A stretch of DNA of 64,000 nucleotides from the human T2T-CHM13v2.0 reference genome, Homo sapiens, in the NCBI RefSeq assembly GCF_009914755.1, contig NC_060947.1, one strand, 5' to 3'. The translations under genes were made by a program, and so were the position numbers. Positions 41,998-61,916 of this stretch are shown here, piece after piece. The notes beneath the pieces are model-generated. The model ran no database searches. It was not told where the DNA came from and saw only the letters and a program-made list of their open reading frames with translations. Numbering within the stretch: position 1 is the stretch's first letter; every line of letters starts with the position of its first letter.

Positions 41998-42034
41998 AGT
42001 GAGATTCCTTAACAGTGTTCTAGAAGCAGCTGAT

Positions 42035-48857
<6,823 letters not shown>

Positions 48858-49229
48858 ACATAAAATTTTTGTGTCTTTTTTCCTGTTAATCTGTCTTTTG
48901 TCAGTTTATTTTGCAGTGCCCTTTGTACTGAACATAAGAGGGTAAAGGGAATGATTTTTTCTTCCTATATAGACTTGTTAATAACCCCACACATCTGGGC
49001 TTGAGATGTGCAGTTTTCTCAAGTACTTCCTTGAGACGAGCAGTTTTAAAAAACTTCAGAGAAAGCCCAGAGGTGGGAAGGCTTGGAGCAGCTCAAAGTA
49101 CCTGAAGTGGGATGCTGTTGGCAGTAGTCTGATCTGGATGAAATATGATGTGGGACACCAAAAATACCTACAGAGACCACAAAGAGGCCACTGATGCAAT
49201 GCGGAAGTGACAAAGCATTGGGCTAGGAT

Positions 49230-49995
49230 TAGTCATTGTTCCAAAACCACTTATTAAGCATCCACCATATAGTATAAGTGTGTTCTAAACATTGGGAATC
49301 CAAAGAAGAATGATGTAGTTCCTGCTTTCAATGAACTTTCAGTCTAGTACAGGAAAAATGTTGAAAAACGTTGAAAATACATATAGCAATTAGAATGTAG
49401 TATGCTAATTATGATCACAGAAGTATATTTAAAATATTATCAAAATAAGAGGAAGTACTGAGAAAAAGAGAGCAAAAAACAAGAGTAAAGAGATTTTAAA
49501 GATTAAGCAGTCAAATTAGGTAAATGACTAACTCTCCCCTGTCTTTAATATCTGGCATTGAAATGTGAATTCAAGATTTTGAATGATGGTGACTGATAAA
49601 TATTTGACCCAAGAGAACTATAAAGTTGGGAAAATGAGTTTGTTTTATGGAGAATGATAATGAATTATTTCTATACCACATGAAGTTGAAAGTATAAATA
49701 TGTCTGGGAGGTTCCCGAAGATACAGGGCTGATGATTGGTTTAAAGGCTAGAGCTAGAAATCACCTGAGAATTCTGTAGGCTTGGAGGAGAGCAGAAACC
49801 ATGACAGGTCATGCTCAATAAGTGAAACACTGATGACAGAATCAAGTTGGTGCTGAGAATGGTGCCTCAGACAGCACCTGTGGTTAAAGATTAAGCGGAG
49901 AAACAGATGACAGAGGAACTCAGACAAAAGATTGAGTAGTGTATAAGAAGCTAAGGGAGGAGTTATAAGAGGGGACTGGTTGGCAAGGAAGTCAA
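49230..49995 (-). mobile_element. L2, degenerate
   Basis: CACTTATTAAGCATCCAC...GTTCCTGCTTTCAATGAACTTTCAGTCTAGT. Confidence 0.6.
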
Positions 49996-50284
49996 GGAAG
50001 GTTAGCTAGTCATTCAGTAAACACCAAACAAATTTGATTGGCTTAAACCCAAATGAACAATAGCTTAGTTGTAATATATAGGTATTTACAGACAATTCAA
50101 TTAGTAGCCTTTGACCTCCAAGCAAAATGAAGTTAAATTAAGGCAAGTATAGCAAAAACATGTGACTGCTATCACTAGCATAAGCCAGAGCTTACCAAAA
50201 GTTAAGCAGCTCTTGTGAGTCTTAGGGACATATATTTTTTCTGGGTCTGGGGTAGGTGTCTGTTCTTTGAATGGTTCCTGTAAT

Positions 50285-50664
50285 CATGTGTGGTAGACAC
50301 GCTCATGCACCATCCAGATACCTCTTTGGTGAAGAACTTCTTGCACAAGTTGCTGAGAGTACTATTGGTGCAGATAATTTTCAAATATCATTGCAAAGAT
50401 TGCGTTAGTTGCCTGAGGTCATATCCTTCCCAAGCGGATGCATTCCAATGACTAATGGAGATGAGGGTAAAAAGGCCTGATTATCTTGGCCCATCTTGGA
50501 TCTTTCCATGAAGTAGCCCATGTGTCATTGCTTACCTCACAGCTTCATTTCTTCTGCCTAGTTCTGCTTTCTTCTCCTCCCTCCCATAAGACTCTCCTTA
50601 AGAATCATCCTGTGACCTAAACTCCATCTCAGCATTTGCTTCCCAGGAAAATCACCCTGTGACA
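50285..50664 (+). mobile_element. ERVL LTR16A-like
   Basis: CCAATGACTAATGG; CTAAACTCCATCTCAGCATTTGCTTCCCAGGAAA...GTGACA. Confidence 0.6.
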
Positions 50665-50699
50665 TCATGGAACCTACATGCAATCAGTTAAGTGACATC

Positions 50700-51195
50700 A
50701 TGCAATCAGTTAAGTGTCTTCAAGTAACAGATAACTCCATATCAACTGGGTTAAACAATAAAAAAAATTGTAATCGCATATTACCTGAAGTTTTGAGGTG
50801 GGATTGTTCCAGGGTTTGTTAACCCAGTGACTGGTTGAAACCATTAAGTCCCCAAGTCTTTGTTGTGCTGTCCTCAGCATGGTGGATTTGTGATTCAGCT
50901 TAGCACTCCTCATGGTCACAAGATAGCATCACAGATAGGTGTAAAAATCTCCTGAAAAAGAAAAGGACTGATATTTTCCATGTGAACCTTTGTGAAGAGC
51001 AAGACATCCTTTCTTAGAAGCTGTTTTGCTAACTTCCCCTTAGTCACTGGATGTAACTGGGGCTTACATTTTCCTCCAAACCAATCACTGGAAAGGGAAT
51101 GAGATGACAGAGATTTGCAGAGACCAATCAAAATTTGCTCCTGATCTTTTGAGGAATGGATGGATGTACCCCTGAAAAAAATCAGGCTAACTCCA
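50700..51195 (-). mobile_element. Old MaLR LTR (MLT1K/L-like)
   Basis: CAAGTAACAGA...AACTGGGTTAAACAATAA; CCAAACCAATCACTGGAAAGGGAATGAGA. Confidence 0.6.
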
Positions 51196-51532
51196 TTGCC
51201 ACAATGCTACCATGTGTTTATTTAGAATTTTCCTTCTAAGTAACTCATTTTACATAACTTAAAATCTGGGTTAGGTAGCTGGAGGGAACTGTTATTTTTA
51301 TATAAAGCACCTGGATGGGCCTTCTGTGAATCTTCCTGCAAGGACAATGAAATAATTTTTTTTTGGCAGAGGATGAGATGTGTGTTGTTCTTTCCTAACC
51401 ATCAGTGAGCTGACTATGTATTGGGTATACATGCATTTTCACCAGAGCTTGAGTTCAGAGGAAAGTGGCAGCACCTGATATCATGCATCAATTTTAGTGA
51501 ATTTGGAAGGAAGAGTTAAGAAGCACATTTTC

Positions 51533-54112
51533 AAATAAGCCAGTCACAAAAGGACAAATACTATATGATTTAACTTATATGAGGCATCTAGATGTATTAG
51601 TCCATTTTCATGCTGCTATAAGGAACTACCCGAAGCAGGGTAATTTATAAAAAAAGAAGTTTGACTCACAGTTCTGCAGGACTTGGTGGCCTCAGGAAAC
51701 TTACAATCATGGTGGAAGAGGAAGCAAACATGTCCTTCTTCACGTGGTGGCAGGAAGGAGAAGTGCTGAGCAAAGGGGGAAAAGCATCTTATAAAACCAT
51801 CAGATATTGTGAGAACTCACTCATTATCATGGGAACAGCATGGGGGTAACTGCCCCCATGATTCAATTTTCTCCCACTCAGTCCCTCCCACAACCCATGA
51901 GGATTATGGGAACTACAATTCAAGATGAGAGTTGGGTGGGGACACAGCCAAATCATATCATTCCACCCCTGGCCCCTCCCAAATCTCATGTGCTCATATT
52001 TCAAAAGACAATTATGCCCTTCCAACAGTCCTCCAAAGTCTTAACTCCTTCCAGTATTAACCCAAAAGTCCAAGTCTAAAGTCTCATCTGAGACAAGGTA
52101 ATTCCCTTCCACCTATGAGCCTGTAAAATCAAAAGCAAGTTAGTTACTTCCTAGATACAATGGGGGTACAGCCATTGCATAAATACGCCCATTCCAAATG
52201 GGAGAAATTGGTCAGAACAAAGGGGCTACAGGCCCCATGCAAGTCTGAAATCCAATAGGGCAGTGATTAAAACTTAAAGTTCCAAAATGATCTCCTTTGA
52301 CTCTGTGCCTCACATGCAGGTCACGCTGATGCAAGAGGTGGGCTCCCACAGTCTTGGGCAGCCCTGTCCCTGTGGCTTTGCAGGGTACATCCCCCCTCCT
52401 AGCTGCTTTCATGGCTGGTGTTGAGTGTCTGTGGCTTTTCCAGGTGCACAGTGCAAGCTGTCAGTGGATTTACCATTCTGGGGTCTGGAGGATGATGGCC
52501 CTCTTCTCACAGCTCCACTAGGCATTGCCCCTGTGGGGACTCTGTGTGGGGGTTCCAATCCCACATTTCCCTTCTGCACTGCCCTAGCAGAGGTTCTCCA
52601 TGAGGGCTCTGCCCCTGCAACAGACTTCTGCCTGGACATCGAGGTGTTTCCGTACATCCTCTGAAATCTAGGCAGAGGTTCCTAACCGCAACTTTTGACT
52701 TCTGTGCACCCACAGACTCAACACCACATGTAAGCCACCAAGGCTTGGGGCTTTCACACTCTGAAACAATGGCCCGAGTTGTATGTTGGCCCCTTTTAGC
52801 CATGGCTGGGATGCAGGGCACCAAGTCCTGAGACTGCACAAAGTAACAAGGTCCTGGGCCTGGCCCATGAAACCATTTTTCCCTCTTAGGCTTCCAGGTC
52901 TGTGATGGGAGAGGTTGCCCACAAAGGTCCCTAACATGCTCTGGAGACATTTTCCCCATCGTCTTGGTGACTAACATTTGGCTTCTTGTTACTTATGCAA
53001 ATTTCTGTGGCAGGCTTGAATTTCCCTCCAGAAAATGGGTTTTTCTTTTCTATCACATCATTAAGCTGCAAATTTTCCAAACTTTTATGCTCTGCTTTCT
53101 CTTGAATGCTTTGCTGCTTAGAAATTTCTTCCGCCAGATATCCTAAATCATCTCTCTCAAGTTCAAAGTTCTACATATCCCTAGGGAAAGGGCAAAATGC
53201 CACCAGTCTCTTTGTTAAAGCATAACAAGAGTGACCTTTGCTCCAGTTCCCAAGAACTTCTTCATCTCCATCTGAGATCACCTCAGCCTGGACTTCTCTG
53301 TCCATATCACTATCAGCATTTTGGTCAAAGCCATTCAACAAGTCTCTACGAAGATCCAAAATTTTCCACATTTTCCTGTCTTCTTCTGAACCCTCCAAAT
53401 TATTCCAACCTCTGCCTGTTACCCAGTTCCAGAGTTGCTTCCACATTTTCAGGTAACTTTACAGCAGCATCCCATGCTGCATGGTACAAATTTACTGTAT
53501 TAGTCCATTTTCATGCTGCTATAAAGAACTTCCCAAGACTGGGTAATTTATAAAGGAATGAGGCTTAATTGACTCACAGTTCCACAGGGCTGGGGAGGCC
53601 TCAGGAAACTTACAGTCATGGTGGAAGGGGAAGCAAACACATCTTTCTTCACATGGTGGCAGAAAGAGAAGTGACAAGCAAAGGGGGAAAAGCACCTTAT
53701 AAATCTATCAGATGTTGTGAGAATTCACCCACTATCACGAGAACTGCATGGGGATAACCAGCCCCAAGATTCAATTATCTCCCACTGGGTCCCCTCCATG
53801 ACACATGGGGATTATTAGAACTACAATTCAAGGTGAGATTTTGGTGGGGGCACAGCCAAACCATATCACTAGAATAGTCAAATTCATAAAGAAGAAAGTA
53901 GTATGGTGGTTTGCAGAAGCTGGGGAAGGAGGGGGAATTAGGAAATTATTGTTTAATAGGTACAGAATTTCAGTTTTGAAAGATTAAAGAAGTTCTGAAG
54001 CTGAATGGTGGTGATATTTGCAGTGATTATTCTTAATGCCACTGAACTGTATGCTTAAAAATGGTTAAAATGCTAACTTTTATGTAATGTACATTTTACC
54101 ACAATTAAAAGA
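51533..54112 (+). mobile_element. L1MB 3' UTR fragment split by THE1 (51533-51592 and 53874-54112)
   Basis: AAATAAGCCAGTCACAAAAGGACAAATAC...; TAATGCCACTGAACTGTA..CTTAAAAATGGTTAAAATG. Confidence 0.85.
51593..53868 (-). mobile_element. Complete THE1C-like MaLR: 3' LTR 51593-51960, internal 51961-53495, 5' LTR 53496-53868
   Basis: Two LTRs TGTATTAGTCCATTTTCATGCTGCTATAA...CATATCA; perfect 5-bp TSD CTAGA. Confidence 0.95.
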
Positions 54113-55098
54113 TATAAGTATATTTTCAGAGAACACCTGCAGGAAGAAGACTCAACAAATGAGGTTTAAAAAATTTGTTTATTAGAAAATGTTAATCACC
54201 CACTGGAACTGCTTCAGCTTATAAAAATCTACTGCAAGTGTATTTCATTGTGTTCTATTTGTAAAATAGCTTTGATTATTTTAAATGATTGTGTCTCTTA
54301 GCTCATCATGTAGCAAAATTAATTCTAAACAGTGGTTTGAGTTTAAATGGTTAATTATTCCATAATAAACTTATATTATTTTAATAATAAAGACTCCAAT
54401 CATCCTACTTCAGAAGGTGAGTGGCTGCTTTTCTCATTTATGTCCACACTGATGTCATTTTTTTAATTTAAAGAATAATTAACTGTGTTGGGGGAAAATG
54501 ATTAAAATTGGATGAATATGTTAATGTATTTTAATAGCTTGACTGGGAGTTTCATAAATCTCATTTCTAGCCAAAGTATGTCACTATAAATGAGTTTCAA
54601 CTTACTCCTGCTCAGAAGAGAATACTCTGCTAAAATATTTTTAGCTACTTAAAGCCCAAACTGGATGTCCATCTCTTGATGTAGAGCAAATGTTTACACT
54701 ATGAAGAAGCCATATTAGGTAACTTCTAAGGGCTTTTTAAACTCCATGGCTCTGTAATATGCTCAATCTTTGCCAATGACTCTCATTAGCACTGAACAGA
54801 AAGAGATATGCATCTTAAGAAAATTTTAATATCATTGTGGTTCACACTAATGAAAGTTTTTCTCATATACTCTATAAAGTCAGAGGCCCCTATTGTAGGC
54901 CAAATAACCCCACTAAAGTGAACTGTCCTATTTATTTCCATTATCCCAATTAAACTCATAAAATCAAATAGTATGACAGATGCTGCTCAGTCAGTATTTT
55001 GGAAATGTAAGAATCAAATAAATGAGTGATTGGGAACTGTCTTAGGCAATTTCTATAGCAATAAAGAGAAATATATTCAGACTACTGAAACATGATCA

Positions 55099-55565
55099 GT
55101 ATAGCAGGTTCTGTCAGTGCCTATCCACATCTTTTTGGTATTCAGTGTTTCTGTTTAATGGTGTCTTACTTAAAGCGCATGGAACTTTCTGCTTGAGAAT
55201 TTCATCTGGCCTCAGGAGAATGCCCAGCCCATATAAGGGTCAGGCTGGAAGTGCCAAGGAGTTAACTTTCCTGGAAACAGTCCTCCACCGATGATAGTTG
55301 GATATGGTGGGTAAATATCTCAGCTTTCTATCTCCTTGGGTGGATGACCCTAAGTCAACGTTTACCCTGTCTCCAAAAGAATCCCCAGTATGATTTAGCG
55401 CTAGAGCAATGATATGCTCAACAACACACTTGTATTGGCTTCCCTCCTTTCTTTGTCTCAGTGCTCCACTCCTCTACCAGTGCTTTCTGGGATCATCTCC
55501 CAAGTAAACTAATAGTACTCAATCCCTTGTCTTAAGGTCTGCTTCTGGGGGAAACAGAACAAGGG
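55099..55565 (+). mobile_element. ERVL LTR16C-like
   Basis: GGAAGTGCCAAGGAGTTAAC; CTGGGATCATCTCCCAAGTAAACTA; AAGGTCTGCTTCTGGGGGAA. Confidence 0.7.
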
Positions 55566-56088
55566 TAACCTGTAAGGGAGAAATAGTCTCATAGGAATCC
55601 AATAACTGGCACAATGGAATGAAACTCAGTCTCATGGCAAATGAGTCTGGCAATGGGATTTCATGAGTATTTGCTATAAGGTTCCACTGTTACATAAAAC
55701 ATGTTGATTTTTTCTTCTCCTCTCTCCTCCATCCTAATTCCTCACCCTATGTTCCGCAGATCTTTTCTCAAGTTTGGAGCCCCTACTTATTAATAAATTT
55801 GAATTGCTAATAATATTGACTAACTCATGGCTTAACATGACCCTCCCACTCCTCTCTACTTCATGAATTTTCAGTTTTAGCCTTCACTGTTAATCATAGA
55901 AGTCTAATTTCATTTTCCAGTTCAAATGGTGGAGAGTAAAAATCTAATATACCCAAACTTTGAGCAGAGTTAATTACAATAGATTAGTAATGCATAGTTA
56001 GACATCATCTAATCCAGGGCACATATGAGAGTGAAAGAGGCACTATTAATAAACTAGGACTATTTGTATAAACCAGGACTATTTGGAG

Positions 56089-59000
56089 TGTGAAAGAAAA
56101 ATATCTTGGGCCCCCAAAATCACTAAGGGAAACTCAAGCTGCAAACTGCTTAGGGAAAACCTGCCTCCCATTCTATTCAAAGTCACCCCTCTGCTCACTG
56201 AGATAGATGAATATCTGACTTGCCTCCTTTGGAAAGGCTAATCAGAAACTCAAGAGAATGTATCACCTATCTGTGACCTGGAAGCCTTCTCCCTGCTTCC
56301 AGTCTTCCTGCCTTTGCTTCAAGTTGTCCCGCCTTTCTAGACAGAACCAATGTACTTCTTACATATATTGATTGATGTCTCATGTCTCTCTAAAATGTAT
56401 AAAACTAAGCTGTGCCCCAACCACTTTGGGCACATGTCGTCAGGACTTCCTGAAGCTGTGTCATGGGCACATCCTCAACCTTGGCAAAATAAACTTTCTA
56501 AATTAACTGAGACCTGTCCCAAATTTTCGGGGTTCACATTTTGATAACCATGGAGAGATTCTGAATGGAGATGCCCCTGACTTTTGGCAAATCTCCTATT
56601 AGTGCTTGGTACCAGCATGAGCTAACTTTATGGCTCAAACCAATAGGACAATTTGCTGAGGTCTGGGAGTACCCCCTCCAGAGAATCCCTCATCTCCCAA
56701 AATGTGGTTGAGATCTAAAGTTTATTTCGCTGTACAACTCCTCTTTTTTGGATTTTTACTTGCTTCCAACTGAAGGAAGGCAAGTTTTTTCCTGCTTCCA
56801 TGACAATGGAAGGCAGGTAAGGTGAGTTTTGTTTCTGCTGTTCTTTTTTTTTTTTTTTTTTTTCTTGTTTCTAGGATGCTAGAGAGCAGTCTACAGCCTG
56901 AGACCCATCACTAGGTAAGAAACTGGTTTGGGGTTTTGTCTTGCAAATTTCTTTTAAATGACTAAAGTTAGCATTTAACAACCAGCTGGTGCGAATTTCT
57001 CCTTATACTTAGAGCACTCAGAAATCCTATAACTTGTGTGATCATTGTTAGTTTAGCAGCATTTTGTCCTAGCTGAAACACAGTAATCAGAGTTTTTTTT
57101 TTTTTTTTTTAAGGAGCTCAGTGTTAGCTGAGTTAGGCCAAAGTTAGCTTAATTAAAAGGCTAACATCCAAGATGTGTGTGTGTATGTGTGCATGTGTGC
57201 ATGATTGTATTTGAAAGGCCTTCATGTTTTAGGGTTTTTTTCTTTTTTTTCTCCTAAGACCTTGTCTTTGTTTTTGAGCAGAAGTTTTTGTTTGTTTGTT
57301 TGTTTTTGTTTTTGTTTTCTTCTCAGTTGACTGAATTCTGTTTTCATCTGTTTTTTGTTTTTTTTTTTTTGACTAAAATAGTTATTGCAACAGAGGCTAC
57401 TCTTGGGTTTTTGAGAAAGAGCGTAGTTTAATTTTGTGTTCAATTTGGCTCAAAGAAAAATAAAAGTGTCACCCTTTAGCACCACCAGACTTTTACTCTC
57501 TGTACCTTATGATGTAAATTTTGCTATTTGATTTTCACCTGAGTTGTTTCCTTTAATGTGCAAATTCAAGGCTGTTTAGCTGATAACTGCCTAGGATTGT
57601 GAAGCAGGTTATCAAGAATTTGAAAGCCTAGATAGAAAAAAAAAGGGGGGGGGGGCTCTTTATAAGTCTATAAAATGCACCTCCATTGGCATGCCTAATA
57701 CACCTTTATATGTGTTTATGTGTTGTGTACAAAATGTTTCACTACTAAAAATACATAACAGAGCTCTAATTAATTAGCTTAAGGAAAAATATAAGCACTT
57801 AAATCAGATACCAGAAAAGAAAAGACTAGTCAAATGCTTTTTCAAATTTATGTCACTTAAGGAAAATCTTTAATAAATAAGCTAGTTTTAAAATTATTGG
57901 TAAAGTAATATTAGAAATGTCTTAAGAATTGCCAGCATACATTTTTTGTTTTGCATTTATTAATAAGGCAATTTCATACTTATCCCTACCAAACACTACA
58001 GGGGGTCAAAACTTTGTATAGGGGTTACAAAACTATAAAACCAGTCCAAAACAGAATGATTTTTGCCTGTGTAATTTTTAATAAATAAGACATTGATATG
58101 GGTTTAATGAAAATAGCTGCATCTTGAATTTAGTAAGATTGCCGTAACTTCTAATCCTGTGGCTTTAGGCAGTCTAGTCCACAGGAAAAGGAGGTTTGTT
58201 TTTGGGAAAGGACTGTTAACATCTTTGTTTCAAAGCTAAGCTATAAACTAAGTTCCTCCCAGAGTTAGTTTGGCCTATGCCCAGGAATGAACAAAGACAG
58301 CTTGGAGGTTAAGAGCAAGATGGAGTCCATTAAGTCAAATCTTATTTCACGGTCTCAGTTATAATTTTGCAATGGTGGCTTCATAACTTTAAATTCATGA
58401 CTATCACAGTTTTCATAAATAATCTAGGTAAACAATTAAAAAAATAATTAGGTTAATGTAATGGGATAAATACTTGTAGAAAAGCTGGTCATAATTTAGA
58501 ATATGAAGTTAAATTAAATAATAGATATTTCATTATTTGAGTATTTTCCAATAAATATATATTGTAAAAAAAATTCTTGCAAAATAAAAAGCATGTCCTT
58601 TTAAAAAAAAGGTGAAAAGTTTTTGTCTAATTCAAAGCTTATTTAAAGGTTCTGTATAAAACAAGGTAAAAGGAACCAGAAAATAAAAAGAGATGTAAAG
58701 AAAGTTACAAAGAGGCGTGTGTGTGTGTGTGTGTATGTGTGTGTGTGTGTGGCAAGAAAGCTTAAAGAGAAATAATTTTGTATGAGAAAGAATCTTAATA
58801 TGATAAATTTTAGCCCTAAAATAAAATGACTGGTTATTTAAGAAGGAGGGATGTTCAGGACAAATCAGAAAGTCCAAATATTATTATTAAGTTTTGGTTT
58901 GCTTAGGAAAAGAAAACTGAGATAAAATTTTTTTTTTAATTAAGGTTGTTACATCCATGTATGTTCCTGTATATGCTTTTAAAGTCCTTGTGACATTGGG

Positions 59001-61916
59001 TTACAAGCCTTTGACTCCTGGATCTAAAAAGGATACCAAGTCCTACTAAATCTTAAACACTGACAGCAAGTACAGCCTCATCTTTAGGGCCCATAGAAGA
59101 TGCCAATAAAAATAAACTGAATTTCTGAGACACAGGGCAAAAGATTAAAGCTGTTTCAACTTCTCAAGGCCCAGGGACTGTTGAGGAAGAGGTGGGCATG
59201 TAAGATTGTAAGGGCCAATTTTGAAAGATAAAATACGTTCAGTTTCTCTATAAATCAATCATTAATGCCAAAGGCACACTGATGCAAGACCAGCATATGG
59301 GCACCTGTGTCACATTAAGAAGGTTTTGTTGAAGTACTAACCAACTCCTTAATAAAGGTTAGAAAAGGCTTATGGAAGCTGTATTTTACCATCAAGATTA
59401 AAATTTTATAGATTGTTTCTAAAATTTTGAAAAACAAATTTAATTGGCTTCATGCTGTTCTTATTAGGGCTTATTGTTTGGAAAATTAAGTCTCCTCTGT
59501 CAAAGAATAACATTTGTCACTTCTTTTTGAGATCCTTGAATTATCACTTTGGTTAAATAAATGACTTTACAATTACTTGTAATCCTATTTTGTAATATCA
59601 AGTGTTTTAAACCTTTTATATTTGACAAACTTTTCAAATTCAAATTATAAACTATGTATTTTGTTAACCTAACTAATCCTTTAAGATATTAGTTCCCCTA
59701 AAGCACAAAAATGACATAATTTGGCTTATTTGGTATAAAAATTATATAGGAAGCATTGCCAAATATGAAATGATGTTTGGTTTTCTTCAGGCTGTATTTA
59801 TAAATATGTTATTTGTATTTGTTCCAAAATTATGAGAAACTCCTGTAATTCTGATGCAATTTAGTGTACATTATTTGTAATAATCATAATTGTCATGTTC
59901 AAATTATTGTGTGCCACAGAGGTAGCACATTTCCTGGTCAATCGTGTGTTTTAACCATGGCTGCCTTTAAACTTTGTTTTCATCCATGGACAATTATGTC
60001 TTCTTTTGGTCCTCTTTAGAAGGCGGTTTTATAATCAGCTATAAAACTCCAGCAGTTGCTCTTGAATGCAGGTTTCTGATAACTTTGGAGATAACTTTGG
60101 AGACTGTGACATCAGAATAGAGGAAAAATTTTCAGGACTCATGGAGAGCTAAAATGCTCATGAGTATCAAGGTGAACAGGAGTTAACTTCATGGACTGAA
60201 ACAATCTTTTTGACTTTTTACTTAATATGTTTGCTGATCCTTAGTTTTGTTTTTCAGAGTCTTAAAACTTTTCTTTTGAGCTATTGACAGCTTTTAACAA
60301 TTTAGCATATTCCTATGAACAAAATTTGGAGCATTTTTTTTTCTACCTGATTTCTCCAGAATTGGAAACTATTCATGAGTATTCTTAACTTATGGCACTA
60401 CAGTTATTTGCATAAGTGCCATAAGAATCTGTCTTCATTTGTAACAGGACACAATTGGAGAAATTGGTTATTTTACCAAAGCTTTGACTGGAATGGTGTG
60501 CTTTCCTTTAAGGAATCAAATTTGACTTATGGAGCCAATAAATCCCTTGGAAAAACTGGCCTCATATTCTGTGTAGACAGTCCCTGTACAGGGTTTCTGA
60601 CCTGTAGTAAGTAAAAAATGTCACTTTCTGACAGGTGCAGAAGCCCTAGGTTTATCCTTGAACCTCAAGAGGTGAGAAAATTCACCCAACTCACAGATAT
60701 TGGATGGCACTAATCCATGGCTGGGCTCAGCTTTAAAAAAGTTTTATCTGGGATTCCTTCTATGGAACAAAGTTTCATCAAAGCCAATTTAAAGCCTATG
60801 TAAAAAATAATTATTCTTGCTGCACTGTATACAAACAATTAGGCCAAGTATAATAAAGCAAACCCATGCTACCATGATTTGTCTTTAACTAAAATAGAAA
60901 AATGGAGAAAGAAAAATTGTTTCAAAAATGTTGTACACCTGTTGTTAGATTCCAGTCTTGCCTAATGATTTTAAATTTTCATTATTTCTACAGTTTGGGC
61001 TGAATTCTAATTTTTTGTTGGCAAGTCTTCAAAACGATGTTTTCAATTTTTGTCTTTTTTCCCTTCTTTTTTTCCCCAGCTTTCCTAATTTGGAGTCACT
61101 GAAAACTAAGCAGTGCTTCCTTAAAATCCTGTGAACAGAATCCAGACAATTTAAACTTCAGAAGAAAATAACAGCAACCTGTTTACATACATCAGCCACT
61201 TTTGTACCTGCCTAATATTGTATGGATTTCAGAGTAATGTTTCCTAGATCAATTTTTCCAGGATTGTTCCTCTGTTTGTTGTTGTTTTTCTTCCTTCCTC
61301 TTCCCTATTTTCTCTTCACAGGACACGAGACTTTACGACCTGCTAAAAATGAGCTTTTGGGACCTACCCATCTAGAAATAAACCCATCTAGAAATAGCCA
61401 GGAAAGATCAGACAAAACCTGAGAGCAGACTCATTTTCTAGTAAAATGCTTTCTCCAAAAGATTTTTAAAAAGAAAAGGGGGAAATGTTAAAGGAAAATA
61501 TCTTGGGCCCCCGAAATCACCAAGGAAAACTCAAGCTGCAAACTGTGTAGGGGAAATCTGCCTCCCATTCTATTCAAACTCACCCCCTCTGCTCACTGAG
61601 ATAGGTGCATACCTGATTTGCCTCCTTTGGAAAGGCTAATCAGAAATTCAAAACCTGGAAGTTCCCTCCCTGCTTAGAGTCTTCCTGCCTTTGCCTCAAG
61701 TTGTCCCACCTTCCCAGACCGAACCAACATACTTCTTACATATATTGATTGATGTCTCATGTCTCCCTAAAATGTATAAAACTAAGCTGTGCCCCAACCA
61801 CCTTGGGCACATGTCATCAGGACTTCCTGAGGCTGTGTCATGAGCGTGCCCTCAATTTTGGCAAAATAAACTTTCTAAATTAACTGGGACCTGTCTCAAA
61901 TTTTCGGGGGTTCACA
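56089..61916 (+). mobile_element. MER4A1-like ERV1 provirus: 5' LTR 56089-56538, non-coding MER4-int, 3' LTR 61486-61916
   Basis: Two homologous TG...CA LTRs, 4-bp TSD GGAG (56085-56088 and 61917-61920), PPT AAGAAAAGGGGGAAA before the 3' LTR, degenerate PBS at ~56541. Confidence 0.93.
58717..58751. repeat. (TG)n microsatellite
   Basis: About 17 TG units with one interruption. Confidence 0.9.

Noticed and set aside
52212-53553. Cluster of overlapping ORFs up to 156 aa
   Set aside because: All lie in THE1 internal sequence; decayed MaLR frames.
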